Origin: Vezdaea acicularis
Lineage: Eukaryota
DNA length: 58,820 nucleotides
Assembly (NCBI GenBank): GCA_026025075.1
Contig: JAPEUI010000101.1
Span: 1-58,820, forward strand
Direction: 5' to 3'
The notes under the pieces were generated by a model that saw only the letters and a program-made list of their open reading frames with translations, was not told the DNA's origin and searched no databases. Numbering within the stretch: position 1 is the first letter of the stretch; every line of letters starts with the position of its first letter. Shown in pieces: positions 22,077 through 36,362 of the stretch. Position numbers and translations under genes: made by a program.

Positions 22077-24578
22077 ATGGGGCACTTGACGACTATAGCC
22101 ACATGGTCCGTAGGTCGGATTGAACCCTTCTTGGCTTCATTCTGACAAGGCTTGCAGCTCTCTGAACCAATGGGCGTTGGACTTCGAGGGGAATGTAGGT
22201 CGGATCATTGAAAGCGTCCGCCAAGCCAAGGCCGCAGGGGCGAGCCTGCGCGTTGGGCCTGAACTTGAAATCACAGGATATGGTTGTTTGGATCACTTCC
22301 TCGAAGGGGATACTTATCTCCATTCGTGGGAGATGCTGGCAAAGATTTTGGAACATAGCGAGTGTCGAGATATCTTACTCGACATTGGCATGCCCGTGAC
22401 CCATCGCAATGTCCGCTACAACTGTCGCATCATCATATACAACAAGAAAATTCTGTTGATCAGGCCGAAGCTCTGGTTGGCCAACGATGGCAACTATCGC
22501 GAGATGCGGTATTTCTCTGCATGGCAGCGTCCACGGCATGTGGAGGACTACTACCTCCCTGGTATGATTCAAAGCATCACAGGGGACGAGACGGTACGAT
22601 TTGGGGATGCTGTAATCAGCACGCAAGATACCTGTCTTGGAGCAGAGACATGCGAAGAACTCTTCACCCCGCGCAGGTAATCCGTGGACGCTGATTCTAG
22701 GTGGCACAGCTAATGCTATGACCAGTCCGCATATTGACATGTTTCTGGACGGCGTCGAGATTCTTACGAATTCAAGCGGTAGTCACCATGAACTTAGGAA
22801 GCTGGACACTAGAATCGAGCTAATAACAGAGGCTACCAAGAAGGTAAGGCGTGTCCTGAGCCTTCGTAAAGGCCTTGACTAAGCGTTACAATAGGGCGGT
22901 GGAATCTATCTCTACGCGAATCAACAGGGCTGTGATGGAGACCGTCTATATTATGATGGCTCGGCATTGATCGTCGTAAATGGCAAAGTTGTTGCCCAGG
23001 GAAGCCAGTTCTCCCTAAAAGACGTTGAAGTTGTAACTGCCACTGTGGACCTCGAAGATGTCAGGAGTTTCCGATCTGCACCGAGTAGAGGGATGCAAGC
23101 AACACAGTCACAAAGCTACGAGCGTATCCCCGCCCGCATGCGGCTTACGAGGAGAGGACAGGACGTTGGTCCAAGTATCAGGCCATCGAAAGAGATAGAG
23201 ATTCGATATCATACGCCTGAAGAAGAGATTGCGTAGGTTCCTTCCGTCCGAATGATTTCTAGCTCTGCTAATTCAATATTAGGCTCGGGCCCGCTTGTTG
23301 GCTTTGGGACTACTTGAGAAGATCCAAAGCTGCAGGGTTTTTCATTCCACTAAGCGGTGGTATCGACAGCTGTGCGACCGCCGTAATTGTCTTCTCGATG
23401 TGTAGACTGGTCATTGATGCGGTGGAACACGGAAGTAGGAAATCTCCAACGACCAAGTCCTGTACATCTGTGTATTGATTATGTCCGTTTTCAAACAGAT
23501 GCTCAAGTGATTAAAGACGTTCGAATTCTTTGCTCTAAGCCAGAAGATTCTGAATGGGTTCCCGAGACCCCTCAAGAGCTTTGTGGGTATGTTAGCTCTG
23601 TACCAGAGTTTTCCCCTTACTTACTGGTATCATGCAGACACATTTTCCACACATGCTTTATGGGCACCACAAACTCCAGTCCAGATACCCGAGCCAGGGC
23701 CAAAACACTTGCGGGAGATATCGGTGCCTACCACGTCGACCTTAACATGGACGGCGTAGTTACTTCCCTAACCAACATGTTCACCATGGTAACGGACTTC
23801 AAGCCCCGCTTTTTGGTACATGGCGGTACCAAAACAGAGAACCTTGCATTGCAAAATATTCAAGCGAGATTAAGGATGGTAATTGCATACCTTTTTGCTC
23901 AACTCTTACCAACGGTCAGGAAACGGGCAGGTGGAGGCAGTCTCTTGGTATTAGGAAGCGCAAATGTAGATGAATGGTGAGAAGCTTTTTCCAGGTCGCA
24001 CCTTGCATGCAGCTGAGCTAACAGAAGCTAGCCTTCGTGGATATCTTACTAAATATGATTGCTCTTCAGCAGACATCAATCCTATTGGGGGGATATCTAA
24101 GACAGACCTTAAACGCTTCATCCACTACGCTACTAGTGCTTTTTCTCTTCCAATTCTCGATTCCTTTCTCACGGCTGTTCCCACAGCTGAGCTTGAGCCC
24201 ATTACAAAGGAGTATGTGCAATCAGATGAAGTAGACATGGGCATGACCTATGATGAGCTCTCTGTCTTCGGGCGTTTACGCAAAGTCAACAAGCTTGGGA
24301 TATGGGGTACGTGGGAGCGTTTGTGCCATGACTGGTATGAGAAATATACTCCTAGGGAGATATACGAGAAGACAAGAAGATTTTTCTACTATTACGCAAT
24401 TAATCGACACAAGCAGACGGTGCTAACGCCTAGCTATCATGCGGAGCAGTATAGTCCGGATGATAACAGGTATGACTTGAGGCCATTCCTGTATCCGCAC
24501 TTTTCATGGGCGTACAAGAAGATTGAGGCTACGCTCGCTCGGCAGGAGAAACTAGCAGATGGCGGAAAGGAGGAGTAA
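22077..24578 (+). CDS. QNS1: Glutamine-dependent NAD+ synthetase
   Basis: Nitrilase domain ([30 protein letters not shown]) plus synthetase domain ([30 protein letters not shown]). Several introns. Confidence 0.96.
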
Positions 24579-24795
24579 ATTGCTAGCTTGGGCGTTGGAG
24601 AAACAAAACTTAAAGCTGTGGGCAATCGTCCAGCAATACTTGCTGGTCGTATAGACTGATCGCGATTACGGTAAACGGGTATTCATAAGGACGGTCCAAA
24701 AACTCAAGGTTCAATCACTAGAGCGCCTTCCCACTATGTTGAAGTATAGGGCTTTTTTCTGCTTCAACCAGGTAGCAAATAGTCACAATACCACC

Positions 24796-25755
24796 TTATA
24801 AGACATGTCCCCAGGTATCTCTGTACGGTTCTGTACCTAAGACCCCCAGCTTTGCTTCTGGCCGCTCCCACACCAATCCATCAGTCCCACAGCATTCATA
24901 GCTGACATATGATGTATTACATGGACATGCATGGCGATTTTGCACAACGCTTCTTCCTCGTAGTCCTAAGCCCCGCGAACCACGATATCCTGGACTATAT
25001 CCCACGGCCTTACTCCCCACACCGACTAGCGCGCAAACAGCAACACTTGTGATGATGTTGGACATGCCCCTTACGAACTGCTGTGTAAGATCCTTCACGA
25101 CACAATGGCATCCTACATCGTCCGGCGCTCTCCTTACTCCTGGTGGAAGGCAGTCAATCGGACTCTTGCATTCCCCACCGCACGTTCCCAGGCTTATCAA
25201 GTCCATAGGGTTGTTACCCGACGTTTGCGAGCAGGTCTCCATATCCGTGCCGCCCCCTCCTGAACCTCCTCCGGGCCCTCCCTCCAATTTTCCTTCTGAA
25301 CCTTCGTCTACGTTAAGGTCTGGAAATATCACTGGCTTCACTCCCAAACATCCCAAGGACGCTCTAACTTTCTGCCAGTAGCCAGGCCGATGATGTCGCC
25401 GCTTATAAGCTAGAGGGCATCGGCAGCTCTCACGACAGAAGTTCCGGATGGTTAGAGAATTCCATAACGCCTCATTTGTTGATGTGGTTCTTGTGCAAAC
25501 AGCCTGTAAGCTCCAGGAACATTGACAATTGAGGCCGAGCTGACCGAAGATGTTTCCATCGACGCAGAGTGCGTTTGCAGAGTTATACTGGTCAGGAGAG
25601 TGTCCTGTAGGCCAACCGGTTGTTGGCAAGGGGCCGGAACAGACTATGAGGTCTAGATCGTATTGCCTGGTAGAGTCTGTACGGGCCAGTGATGAATGCT
25701 GAAGAAGAAAAATTAGATAAAAGAAGAGAGCCCGGAACAGGTTCTTGTTGCTCAT
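24796..25755 (-). CDS. Secreted cysteine-rich protein, function unknown
   Basis: Signal-peptide-like MSNKNLFRALFFYLIFLLQHSSLA, many Cys, a Gly linker and C-terminal CPCNTSYVSYECC. Intronless. Confidence 0.75.
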   Translation of the reverse strand: MSNKNLFRALFFYLIFLLQHSSLARTDSTRQYDLDLIVCSGPLPTTGWPTGHSPDQYNSANALCVDGNIFGQLGLNCQCSWSLQAVCTRTTSTNEALWNSLTIRNFCRESCRCPLAYKRRHHRPGYWQKVRASLGCLGVKPVIFPDLNVDEGSEGKLEGGPGGGSGGGGTDMETCSQTSGNNPMDLISLGTCGGECKSPIDCLPPGVRRAPDDVGCHCVVKDLTQQFVRGMSNIITSVAVCALVGVGSKAVGYSPGYRGSRGLGLRGRSVVQNRHACPCNTSYVSYECCGTDGLVWERPEAKLGVLGTEPYRDTWGHVL

Positions 25756-27567
25756 AGCTAATGGGTAGCGTTGTAGCCTTAACGTCAACAGGAGATAAGG
25801 ACTGCGCACTTTCCAAACATTGAAAGAGGTAAGTCAGACGAACGCCGCCGTCGAAGAGGTAAGCTGTCCATTATGACTAGACTGCGTTTCTCATTCCGAT
25901 GAAACACTTATAGGCTATTCTATGTTTGAGGCAGCTGGAGTGACGGGATATGCATGTTTAACTCCGCGACGATCATTAGAATGGAATACGAGTCTTGAAA
26001 CGAACAACTTTCGAATCCAGTTGAAAAATCGCGCAAAGAGGACGTAATGGTGTGAGGCAGGGAAAATTTAGTATGACTTTGAAACGGGCTTCGAGCATCT
26101 ATTGTCGACCCAATCGATACGTCGCAAGAGGTGTTTCAGGCCCCGGGTTGATCAAACCCATTGGAAAAGTGATCGATAGAAAGGTGTCTATTGACTACTC
26201 GTGTCAAAAATGACGAGGAAGAGAGAGGGATAAGTCTATCATCACATTCTTTAGTGGGTCAAATCCTTTGGCTTGGCTTGATGTTTCGCTTGAGCGATAA
26301 TAAGTTGCGGTTCACTCGCAGTCAGAATTAGCGATTTAAGCCTCAGTAGGGCGCTGACAAAGCCCGTTGGGTGGAGTGAAAAGATTGCTTTTGTAAAGCT
26401 TGCTCATAGGTCCAAGGGTTTCTTATGGAAGCAGGCCTTTGTCAAGGAGATTCCAAGAGGATGTACGTACATACTTCATGATTGGCAAGCGCCAGCGTCA
26501 AATGATACTCTGAGCAAGACATCACCACTTGCGGGTAGGGCATAGTTTAAGGTACTTTCGATTAGGTCATCTCATCTTTGGAGGTGTCTCATTCCTAGTG
26601 TAGAAAAGGCTCGAGCTGGGAAGGAATGCAGGTGCAGTGATAGGCTGGGAGAAAAACTACATAGAACTCTAGATCGTGAGGTTCATGATAGACGTAAGGA
26701 ACTTTGTGGCGGAAAGCTCGAGCTACACGGGAGATCAGCACTCTAATAATGTGCAGCTATCAGGCCTTAATATCTGCCAATGTAGGGCATCAGTCTTTGC
26801 CTTGCACCTCATGCTCAACCAGCGACGTGCTTTGCACGAGTGTAAAACGCGGCTGAGTCTTCGGTTTACCAGAGCTATCGAGTATCTTCATTGCACTGAA
26901 GAGGAATAGTTTGATAAGAAACTTGGCTTACTGAAGCGTGCGATAGCGATCGCGATCCTCCTTACGGTTGACTTAGGAGGTTGAATGACTTGTAATGTCC
27001 CAGCATTCAGGTCGTCACCGCATCATGGTTGCCACACGAGAGGCCCTCGTGATGACGGTTTTAAAGCGGGGTTTAAAAGCAATCTCGACACACACAATGG
27101 AACCATCAGCTGAGTGGAGCGCATAAGGTCGAGCTGGTGATAATTTGATTCGGTGGTCTATATTTATATGTGAAAAGCCGAGCAGGAGAGAGAAGTCAAG
27201 GTCGACTACACTAAGCTAGAAGCAGATGGCTAGCCGAGTTGGGTGCATCGAGCGCGCTTCAACCTTTAAAAGCATCTCGAAATCTTCAAGACACTATAAT
27301 CACTTCTTACACGAATGTCAAACCCTATAAATTAGTACGACTCTCTCTACAACCGGTGTATTTGTTAGTTTTATCTCCGTTTGAGCACAAATATCCGCCA
27401 TCAAACTCATTCTACGCTCGGCCCACTATCTAAGAATTTCCATTCCTCACCACCAAAACCATACCTTTACACGCAGTCTGTTATAGCCTAAGGGCGCAGA
27501 TAATATAGAAAAGAGCGCACCAGGCTTTAGCTTCCTACTATAATCTACATTCCTACGTCCAACGCTG

Positions 27568-28735
27568 ATGGATGGCAGCAACACCTGGGGCCGTAGGTCA
27601 AAGTGAGTACTCTCCACCTAGATATAATATTGCTCGTCGTTCTATCTTTGACCTGCTGTGCTTGAAGCTTCAATAAGCTCTCATTGTCTATGTCAGGAAA
27701 TGACAAGGCCAGTGAGGACCATGTTCCACGCGCGTTCGGCTCCTCGAAGCGATTTGGCGGGGAGAGCTCCTCTCATGGCAAGGTCAATCCTTTCAACAAC
27801 AGTAGCACAACCCCTCTGAATACCTCCAGCGTTACATCGCCGCAATCTGGGGCATCTTCTGCGTTTGGCCTGGGATCTGGGGCATTTGCTTCGTTCGGTT
27901 CCGCCAAGCTTCCCAAGTCTCCGGGAAATACCCTCGACGTCACTACCGGCAATGGGGCAACAGCTTCTCCTTCGCCCGCTGCGGATAGAGGCGATCGAGA
28001 CACTTCTACCAATATCAAATCAAAGGCTTCGACCTCCTCGTTGACAAACTCTGCCTCTAGCACTCAAGCGGAACATCCACTCAAGTACAGTTGGGTTGTC
28101 TGGTACCGCCCGCCAACTTCGAAGTACTTAGACTATGAGAAATCGACCGTACCCTTAGTCTCATTCGCTTCTGTAGAATCTTTCTGGACTGTATATTCCT
28201 ATTTGAAACGACCGTCTTCTCTACCTTCAATTTCCGACTATCATGTTTTCAAGAGAGGCATTCGGCCTGTGTGGGAGGATAGGGAGAATAGAAAGGGTGG
28301 CAAATGGATTGTCCGATTAAGAAAAGGAATCGCGGATAGGTACTGGGAAGATCTGTTGCTTGCGATCGTAGGGGACCAGTTTGCAGAAGCGGGGGAGGAA
28401 GTCTGTGGGGCAGTTCTCAGTGTGCGTACTGGAGAGGACGTTCTCAGTGTGTGGACAAGGATTGATGGAGGCAAGAATATTCGTATACGGTAATGAACGT
28501 ATGGTATCGCACAGGGTTCATACTGACAGGTTGCAGCGAAACGATTAAGCGGCTCCTCGCGTTCCCTCCGGACACACATATTGTGTGGAAGAGTCATGAC
28601 GATAGCATAGCGCAGCGTTCAGCAATAGACCAAGCTCGGCAGGATAAAGGAGGCAGCAGCGTTGTTGGTCATCACTCAGAAAAGCGGGTCAGCCGACACG
28701 ATGGAGATTCGACGGCAGACCGAAGCAGAGGGTGA
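27568..28735 (+). CDS. eIF4E class II (4EHP-like) cap-binding protein
   Basis: HPLKYSWVVWY, VESFW, FKRGIRPVWED, GGKW, GAVLSVR. Tyr occupies the class-I Trp positions. Two introns. Confidence 0.9.
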
Positions 28736-30662
28736 AGGGTCGGAGCTGTAGTATATCTGCTACCATGTATTGATGATCTGCTACACATTGGGATTGACCT
28801 TGTATAACAATTTTAATGCTTTATCCCCACCTTAGGGTGGAAATAGTCGCAGGAGTTCACCTGTAAGTTACGAAGTGCGAGCGAACAAAAGTAAAGACCC
28901 CTTCCAGGTCCATTGAATCCAAAGATGGAAGACCCATCGACTGGTAGACTGTATATCTGATAGGTTACTAGCTTTTTTTGACGACTCAAGTCGTCATGAT
29001 AAAGCGCTATACTCAGAAAGAGCAGTAAACGTACCACCATGTATGTTGTGGTACGTAGGAGTACGGTATGTCAAAAGCTGGCGTTATTCACCAGAGGTAG
29101 ACCCTTGCAAGTGATAGTGAGCGCCACCGGATCCCTAGCCGAATCTCGCAAGACTAAGACGTTACAAAAGAATCTCTCAGGAATGCTCCACCTACCACTG
29201 TGCATACCATCGCGTACGGCCTCTCTATTGCTGAGGAGGGCGTTAGTGAGATTGATATCTGCTTGAGTTTCTTTGTCAGGCTGCGAACCTGCACCTATGC
29301 GTGGCTTAGCCTTTTTCGACATCGTCCCACGCAATGTCCGGTAGTAGTCCTGGCGAACGCCAGTACTCTCTTCGTAGCCATAAGCAGAGAGCTCCAGCAT
29401 ATGACCCAGTGTCGAGCTCACCTCGTGAAGACGCCGAAAGTTCCAGCCTTGTAAAACAAGTATGTATAATTTCTTAAACCAGCATGACATGCACCTGTCT
29501 TGAGTTCCCTAGTGAGCACCGTAAACTCTCTCGCCTTTCGCGCGGACATCTCCGCAACTGACCTTTGTCGATTGCTAGAATATCTCCCCTCACGAGCCGA
29601 TTCGGCAGATTGGACGCGCTCGACTAGCTTCTTCGTCTTCGAAGGGTCTAAGCATAGGGTCATATTCACGCTCACCCGAATCGGGGTTTGTCATATATCC
29701 CAAGTCAATAGCCGGTGTCCTCGCTGAACCTTTTAGCCCAACAATCAAGACCCCCGCTTCTACGACTGTACAACGTGATGACTCTCCTCAGGCTCGCCGA
29801 ACTAGATCTCGGAAAAGCTTAGCTTACGAAAGGTCGGGGTAGTTTTGGATGTCACTCTACGTTGAAATCCACTGACTTGGATAAAGGCCACTAGAATTAG
29901 AGAGTGCTACAAATACCCACCGACGGTCTCTTCGTACTCAAGTGAGAGATACGCACGCTGCTCGTGATGAATCATTCACAGTGTGAGGGCCTTCCAAGGA
30001 CGCAATTTTGGACGCATCTGATGCTCTCTAGCCCTAGAAAGAAATTCTCGCCTCACCCACGTCCAACACAGACCTCGATATCATCATCTGTTGCATTAAG
30101 ATCACCGTCGTTGCCAATATCGCCGGAGAGGTTTGACCCATCTACCGCAGCTCCATAGTGCTCTTAATTACTCCTTGGCAGGTTGCTGGAGGAAAGTCCA
30201 AAAGTACCCTCACCAAGAATTCTACCAAATCGGCAATTGGAAAAGGAAGGAGACTTATCGGGCCCGCTTGAGTCGTAAGATGTCCTCATCGAACATCAAG
30301 AACATACGCTAATGGATACGCAGAATTAGCGCGGAGGTGAAGGTCCTATTAGTCACAAGTCCGGCTCCCGAAAGACCAGGTTCTGGTGAATTGATCGTAG
30401 AAGAGAGCATCCAGGGTTCGAGCTCTTCCAGAGATCAAGCTGATGAACAGAGATTATTACCTAATTACAACGAGTAAGCTTCTGCAACCCCTATACGATT
30501 GGTATAATATCGTACTCACTATTTGTATTAGCGATCCTTTAGATGCCCAGCTCATAGGAGTCCCCCACGAGATGTCAGAAAAGGGGCGGTCTTGGCGGAA
30601 GCCCAAGGTACTTGCCTCAATCTTAATACGCCTCTTTTTTGGTAGCTAATTTCTCTCTACAG

Positions 30663-33600
30663 GAATTAACTGGCGGCCTTCGACCACGAAACAGCTTACT
30701 CGCTGATCATTCACGGAGTAATGGAGACGCAAATTTACTTGATGCTGTGGAAGCTGGCATCAAGAGACCATATGCAAACATCCACAACAAGACTAACATG
30801 AAGAACAAAGCCTTCGATCTTCATTCGAATTGGGAAAATGCGAAATACAGAACAATCAAACGTCAGAAACTTGAGAAAAGTGTACTCGACTCGCCAAAGA
30901 CCCCTGACCTCACCACAATTGAGGATTCTGTGGCGGTCATGATAGAAAGCATGCCGAGTACCGCTAGCATCGTTCACGCCTCGAGTCATTTACTATCGCC
31001 GGTGCCACAGAGCGTAAGCTCTAGGAATAGTTATAGAAGGCAAATTCATAGGAATGCCGGAGTGTCAGAATACAGGCTTGTGGAGAACACCCTAAGACAA
31101 GCTCGCCCTAAATGGCGGAAATCAAGGAATGATGGAAAGAAGAGCTCCGAATCAAATTACCAACAGCATACACGTCCATCGAACGCGGAGACGTATTTAA
31201 CCAACGCAGATAGAGTTGCGAGCCCTGATCGAGTTTTCACAATGATCAATGGTAGCGAAATTTCCAACGATCCGATCGAAGAAGTTGAACACCCCGCAAT
31301 GAAACACCAATCTCCAGGTCGTACCAAACGCAAGTCGTCTTGGATCCTGAATCGCAGTACTTCAAATCCTTCTCTCCAAAGACATGTTCAAGAGCTACCT
31401 AGCAGCCTAGATAATTATGAACAACATCAGCGCGAACACATCAACGTAGATGATGCCAACGACGACCTAACGAGAAACTCCACAGAGGAAACTGACATTC
31501 CTGTATTTGGTTCAAGGGACCGTAAACGTCAACCTTCCATTGCGTTGGGGTCCTCATGTAGTGACATCAAACCAACTGAGTTCACTAAGCGCAATACCCA
31601 AAATTCAACCAGAAATATTTCGCAGATCATAAGGAACGATCAAGAATTTGAAGTTGAACTCCTCCGAAATGGATCCATTCAGTTAGGTCCAGCACAACGC
31701 CACACTTTATTCTGGACCTACGACCCAAAAGGTCGAGTCATGATTCCAAGCTCGAGATCTCACGTAACAAGCGACGAAATATTGCTATTGACGTTACGCC
31801 CTTCAACCATTAATCAAATGATCTATGATTCCGAGGATCCAAGCAAGATCCAGCTCGCGCTCAGCCGAAATGAAGGCAGACGGGACTGTCATTTCGATAT
31901 ATCATTATTTGAGCAGAAAGCTGGTGCAGACTTGTTGAGATTTTTAGGAAGACTTGGAACGGCTAAGCCACGGCGTAGACCACTGTAGGTATTCTCCTCC
32001 TGGATTGCCGATCTCTATCGTGAGTCCGTAGACACCCTAAGGTTAATGAACAATAGGGATACAATGGACCGAATGTTTCGTAGGCGAGAGGCCGATCGTT
32101 TTAATGATTGGGGGGGTTCAAAACATCACGTGAAAAAGCTTGCTGAAGATGCTATCTTGCTTAAGTATACTGAAACCCAGCAGGGCAAGGAACAGAACGA
32201 AAGACTGCGAAACCTCTCACAAACACAGTCGCCGTACTTTGCTCCGCATGTTATGCCGGGTATAGGCAGGACAGAAACATCCTCCAACCAAATCGGAAGA
32301 AGGGCCCGCAGTGGAGATGAGCAAAGTTCTCAGTCCAAGTCAGCACCAGTGCGAGATTTTCTAAGGTCGTTCAAGGAGACGCGCAGTCGTATGGCAAGGG
32401 ACTATAGTCCGGGAAAGAACGATGCAAGCTCCGACGAACTGGGCTTTCCTTCAGATGATATGGTTCGCACGACAAGATCGCAAGCTGCTGTTCTAACGTG
32501 AGCTCCCTCTACTTTCTTATCACTCTAGTGCTAAAATCGTGAAAATACAGCGCAGAGCCCCTTAGGCCTGTAAAGTTCTCGGAGACGGTGGGACTCGGCG
32601 TCAGGTGGGCACGGTATCGCTTCCTCAAACAAAACCCTTCAATATTTACGTTATCTTTGCTAACGACTGCTGTAGGCCATTGGTTTATCCAGCTGTTGGT
32701 AGAGACAAAGCTACTGTTGACTTCGATGACCTCAAACGCCTAGATGAGGGCGAGTGGCTCAATGACAATTTGATCATGTTCTACCTCAAGTATGTGCAAA
32801 GGCTTTGTAGATTTCATAGGCTAACCATTGAAAATTAGGTACCTAGAAAACAATACAAAGAAGTCATCGGATGAGAATGTCTATATATACAATACCTTCT
32901 TCTATCAGCAATTGACTGATGTGAAAGGTCGCCAATCAATTAACTACCTATCAGTCAAAAAGTGGACCAAGATTGTCGACATATTTGCCTATAACTTTGC
33001 AATAGTTCCAATTAATCAGAAGTGAGCTGTTATCTATGATCAAGCTTATGCAAGCCACTAACGGAAGAAAAGTGCTCATTGGTGGTTGGCAATCATTTGT
33101 AATCTGCCCGAGCTTGACCCGGAGTCCAAGAGGATGGATTCTCCTGAGCTTGTCGTTGATGGCCCTGGGTTCGATGACTCTCTGGCCAATGATTACATCA
33201 ATAATACAGAATTAACAGCCGACAACTTGAGTATAGCACAACGATCAACCATTCCTCACGGCAGCAATGGCTGTGTTGAAGATGCCATATCTCGCCTCGC
33301 TCTTCAACCAAGTAAAGAATCAAACGATGGAAGAGCATGTACGGATGTTGGCCTTCAGCTTGAGAATGAGCTCGGAAAAGGCATTGGGAGTATGAACAGG
33401 GACCAACCTCAACGAGATGGTGAAGCTGTATCTGGGGATTTTGGTCCCTCAAATGAATCCATTTCCTCATCGCCAAGTGATCCTGGTGAGCCGGCTGTAG
33501 CAAGCCTCTCGAACGCTCAAAATGCTCAAGAAAAAGCCGTATCATCACCGCTGAGGAAGAGTAAGGTGCTCATTCCCCCTGTAAGGAAGTATAACTCTAG

Positions 33601-34706
33601 ACAGTAAGTTTCTGGGCCCTATGAACAAAAGGCTCGTACACCATTCCTGACCTGTTCTTTGAAGGCCAGCAATTATCTCGCTCGATTCTTTAGGAATTCC
33701 CCGGTCTGGAAATCTCAGGTTGCTCAAGCAATACCTAGTTGAAGAAGCCACAGACAAAAGGGGCGTGAATGTGCAAGTAGAAGATATTCAAGGGATGAGC
33801 GCCAAGCAAATTCCTGAACAGCAGACAGACTGTGACTGTGGAATCTACTTGCTCATATACATGGAGAAATTCATGGAAAACCCCCGCGAGTTTGTTGACA
33901 AACTTTTGCGCAGGGAAATGAATGTGACGAAAGACTGGGAAGGCGTGAACGCAAGTGAGTTCAGAGCAAAAGTAAGGAAAGAAATAATACAGCTTCATGA
34001 AGAACAGGAGAGGCTATATCAGTCTAAGAGGGCCCTAAACAAGGGCGCCAAACGGGAAAAGAAACATCGACTAAATGCAGATGGAATAAGTATAAACGAG
34101 CCTCCTCTAGCCGGAGGCACTTCTTCTAAAAGTTCACCTATCCAAGACCAAGATTCTCGAGCAGGGGTGGGTCATAAAGTTAGGGCCGAAGACACATCCT
34201 GCCAATCTTCTCCTAGCGACGTAATAGCCTCTTTCAGCGGAGTGCCGTCCTCAGGAGGCGTGCTTGCGCAACGGAGCGGCTCCGACACAACATCAGTGCA
34301 GCATCGAGGTAATACTGTACATGAGCAATCACAATACGAGCAGTCCAGCACACCAATAGTCAGGGATTCGTTTCACGTCCGTACTACGTTATCTCCCCCG
34401 CACAGTCCAGGGCAACTCGAAATGGAAAGTGCCAAGGATGACGCTATTGCTACTGTTCCGATTGCGGTCACAAGCCAAGAGGAGCCTGACGACGACGACG
34501 TGGTCATGATGCATGAGCAGAAAGTGCAACATCTAGTCAAAAGACGTAAAAGGACATTCTCCTCGATCACACCATATGGAAACGTTTCAGTTCAGAATAG
34601 CGACCAACGCAGCGATGATGAGGCACTGCTTGGTGCGTTCCCAGGAAAACGGGGGGTGGACAGGACTCTCACGCAGCATAAAGCGGCTGCGCGAGTGGAA
34701 AGGTGA
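30663..34706 (+). CDS. Ulp2-like SUMO protease (peptidase C48); 5' exons uncertain and probably extending upstream
   Basis: LDEGEWLNDNLIMFYL, YNTFFYQQL, VPIN..AHWWLAII (His), SLDSLG (Asp), QQTDCDCGIYLL (Cys). Confidence 0.88.
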
Positions 34707-35281
34707 TTGGGGGAGGAGATAGTCGGTCGATATGATTTTGTTTCTGTGGCTCTGACTCTTTTGCAGTATGTTAGAGGCTGTCTCGTGCAGGGAAGTGCAT
34801 TGCAAATGGCGTCCCAACTATGATGACATACCAGTAGCTCAGAAATCTTCATGTAGTTACAGGTAGCTCAGTAACTATACAATTTGGCATTAAATGCCCA
34901 ATGTGTCAGTCACGCATCTGGAGTTCTGCTATGTATCATGCCTTGCCTCAAGGTTTTCTAATCATCTCTCCCAAGCTTGGAGAGTGCAGGTTCTAGACAT
35001 GAGTAGTCTCTATGACCTCAATGCAACCAATAGCATGAACAGAGTTGCAGGCGAGCTTATTCGTTTTGCGCTAGTTGAATTTCACGAGATCATGAAATTC
35101 CTCAAGCTGGAATTCATATATCAATTATTTCTGCGTCGCCAATCATAATTCTCCTACGTGTAGTAGCTTTATCGTAATCACGTGGAGATCCGGGCATGTA
35201 CAAGAGCCCGGGAAAGAGATTGGGCTCACGTAATTGGATCGGCCGTGTGCATCTCATCCCAATTGACCAACAGTCGTCTAG

Positions 35282-36237
35282 ATGGACGCAATGGGGCTAA
35301 TCACTTTTATAACGTCCTACATCGCCCCTCTTTTGTACGTTGTCCTACCTCCTCTGGCAAATTTCCAAACTAAACCGTTAAAGCTTGGTAGTTTCACCTT
35401 TTACCTCTTACGCAGATCAGATATGGAGCATCCACAAGACCAGGACCTCAGCTGGTTTTTCTTTGGACATACCTCTTATTATGCTAGTGGCTTCGATCTT
35501 ACGGTGGGTCTTGATCTCATAAGGGAGCTTGTACCCAGAACCCCTGTGTTCTCGGTTTATACTAATGATATTTAGTGTTTTCTACTGGTTCGGCTCACGG
35601 TTTGACACAGCTCTGTTAATTCAAGCATTTATTATGATTGCAATGCAGGTTGTGCTTCTGAAAGTCTCCCTCGATAACCGCCCGTTCCCGAGTCAAAAGG
35701 GCGAGATAGGAAGCACTCCCTTCGTTGGAGTAAGAGAAGGCGACGTACTCTCGAAACGGCCATACGGTTTCTGGCAGTGGCGGCGGCGGCGGCCGTGAGT
35801 TTGCAATTCCAACGACTCGTTGAACTCGCAGCTGATAACTACATTTTAGCTATTGGGAATTCCTCCTATATTTTGCCGTTACTCTCACAGCTCTAGAGCT
35901 CTTTGGTTTCAGCAAAATGCCCGCCTATACTCAATTACTTGGTCTCCTATCTCTTGGAATCGAGGCGACTTTACCGATCCCACAAATATTGAAAAATCAG
36001 CAATCGCGTTCTTGCGCTGGCTTCAGACTATCGGTCCTCGGCAATTGGCTCGTTGGAGACATCATGAAAATGATGTTTTTCTTCTTCGCAGATAGCAAGA
36101 TTCCTTTCCAATTCAAGGCATGCGGCATCTTCCAATTCCTTTGTGATATGGGACTAGGCCTGCAGTTCTGGGCGTTTGGTGACAGTAGCACTAGTCGGAC
36201 CATTGGCGGTACTGAGAAAGATACTAGAGTACGGTGA
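35282..36237 (+). CDS. PQ-loop repeat membrane protein (PQLC1/Any1-like)
   Basis: SYADQI...SAGFSLDIPLIML, EATLPIPQILKN...GFRLSVLGNW and several TM segments. Three introns. Confidence 0.85.
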
Positions 36238-36362
36238 GTGAGATCACTACTCGCCTGGAGCGTTTGATATGCGTAGACGCGAGGCCCTGGAGGAAAACAT
36301 AGAATAGCGTCGGCTGTATTTCTGTGCATATATGATTGTTCGACCTGAGTATACCCGATTGT

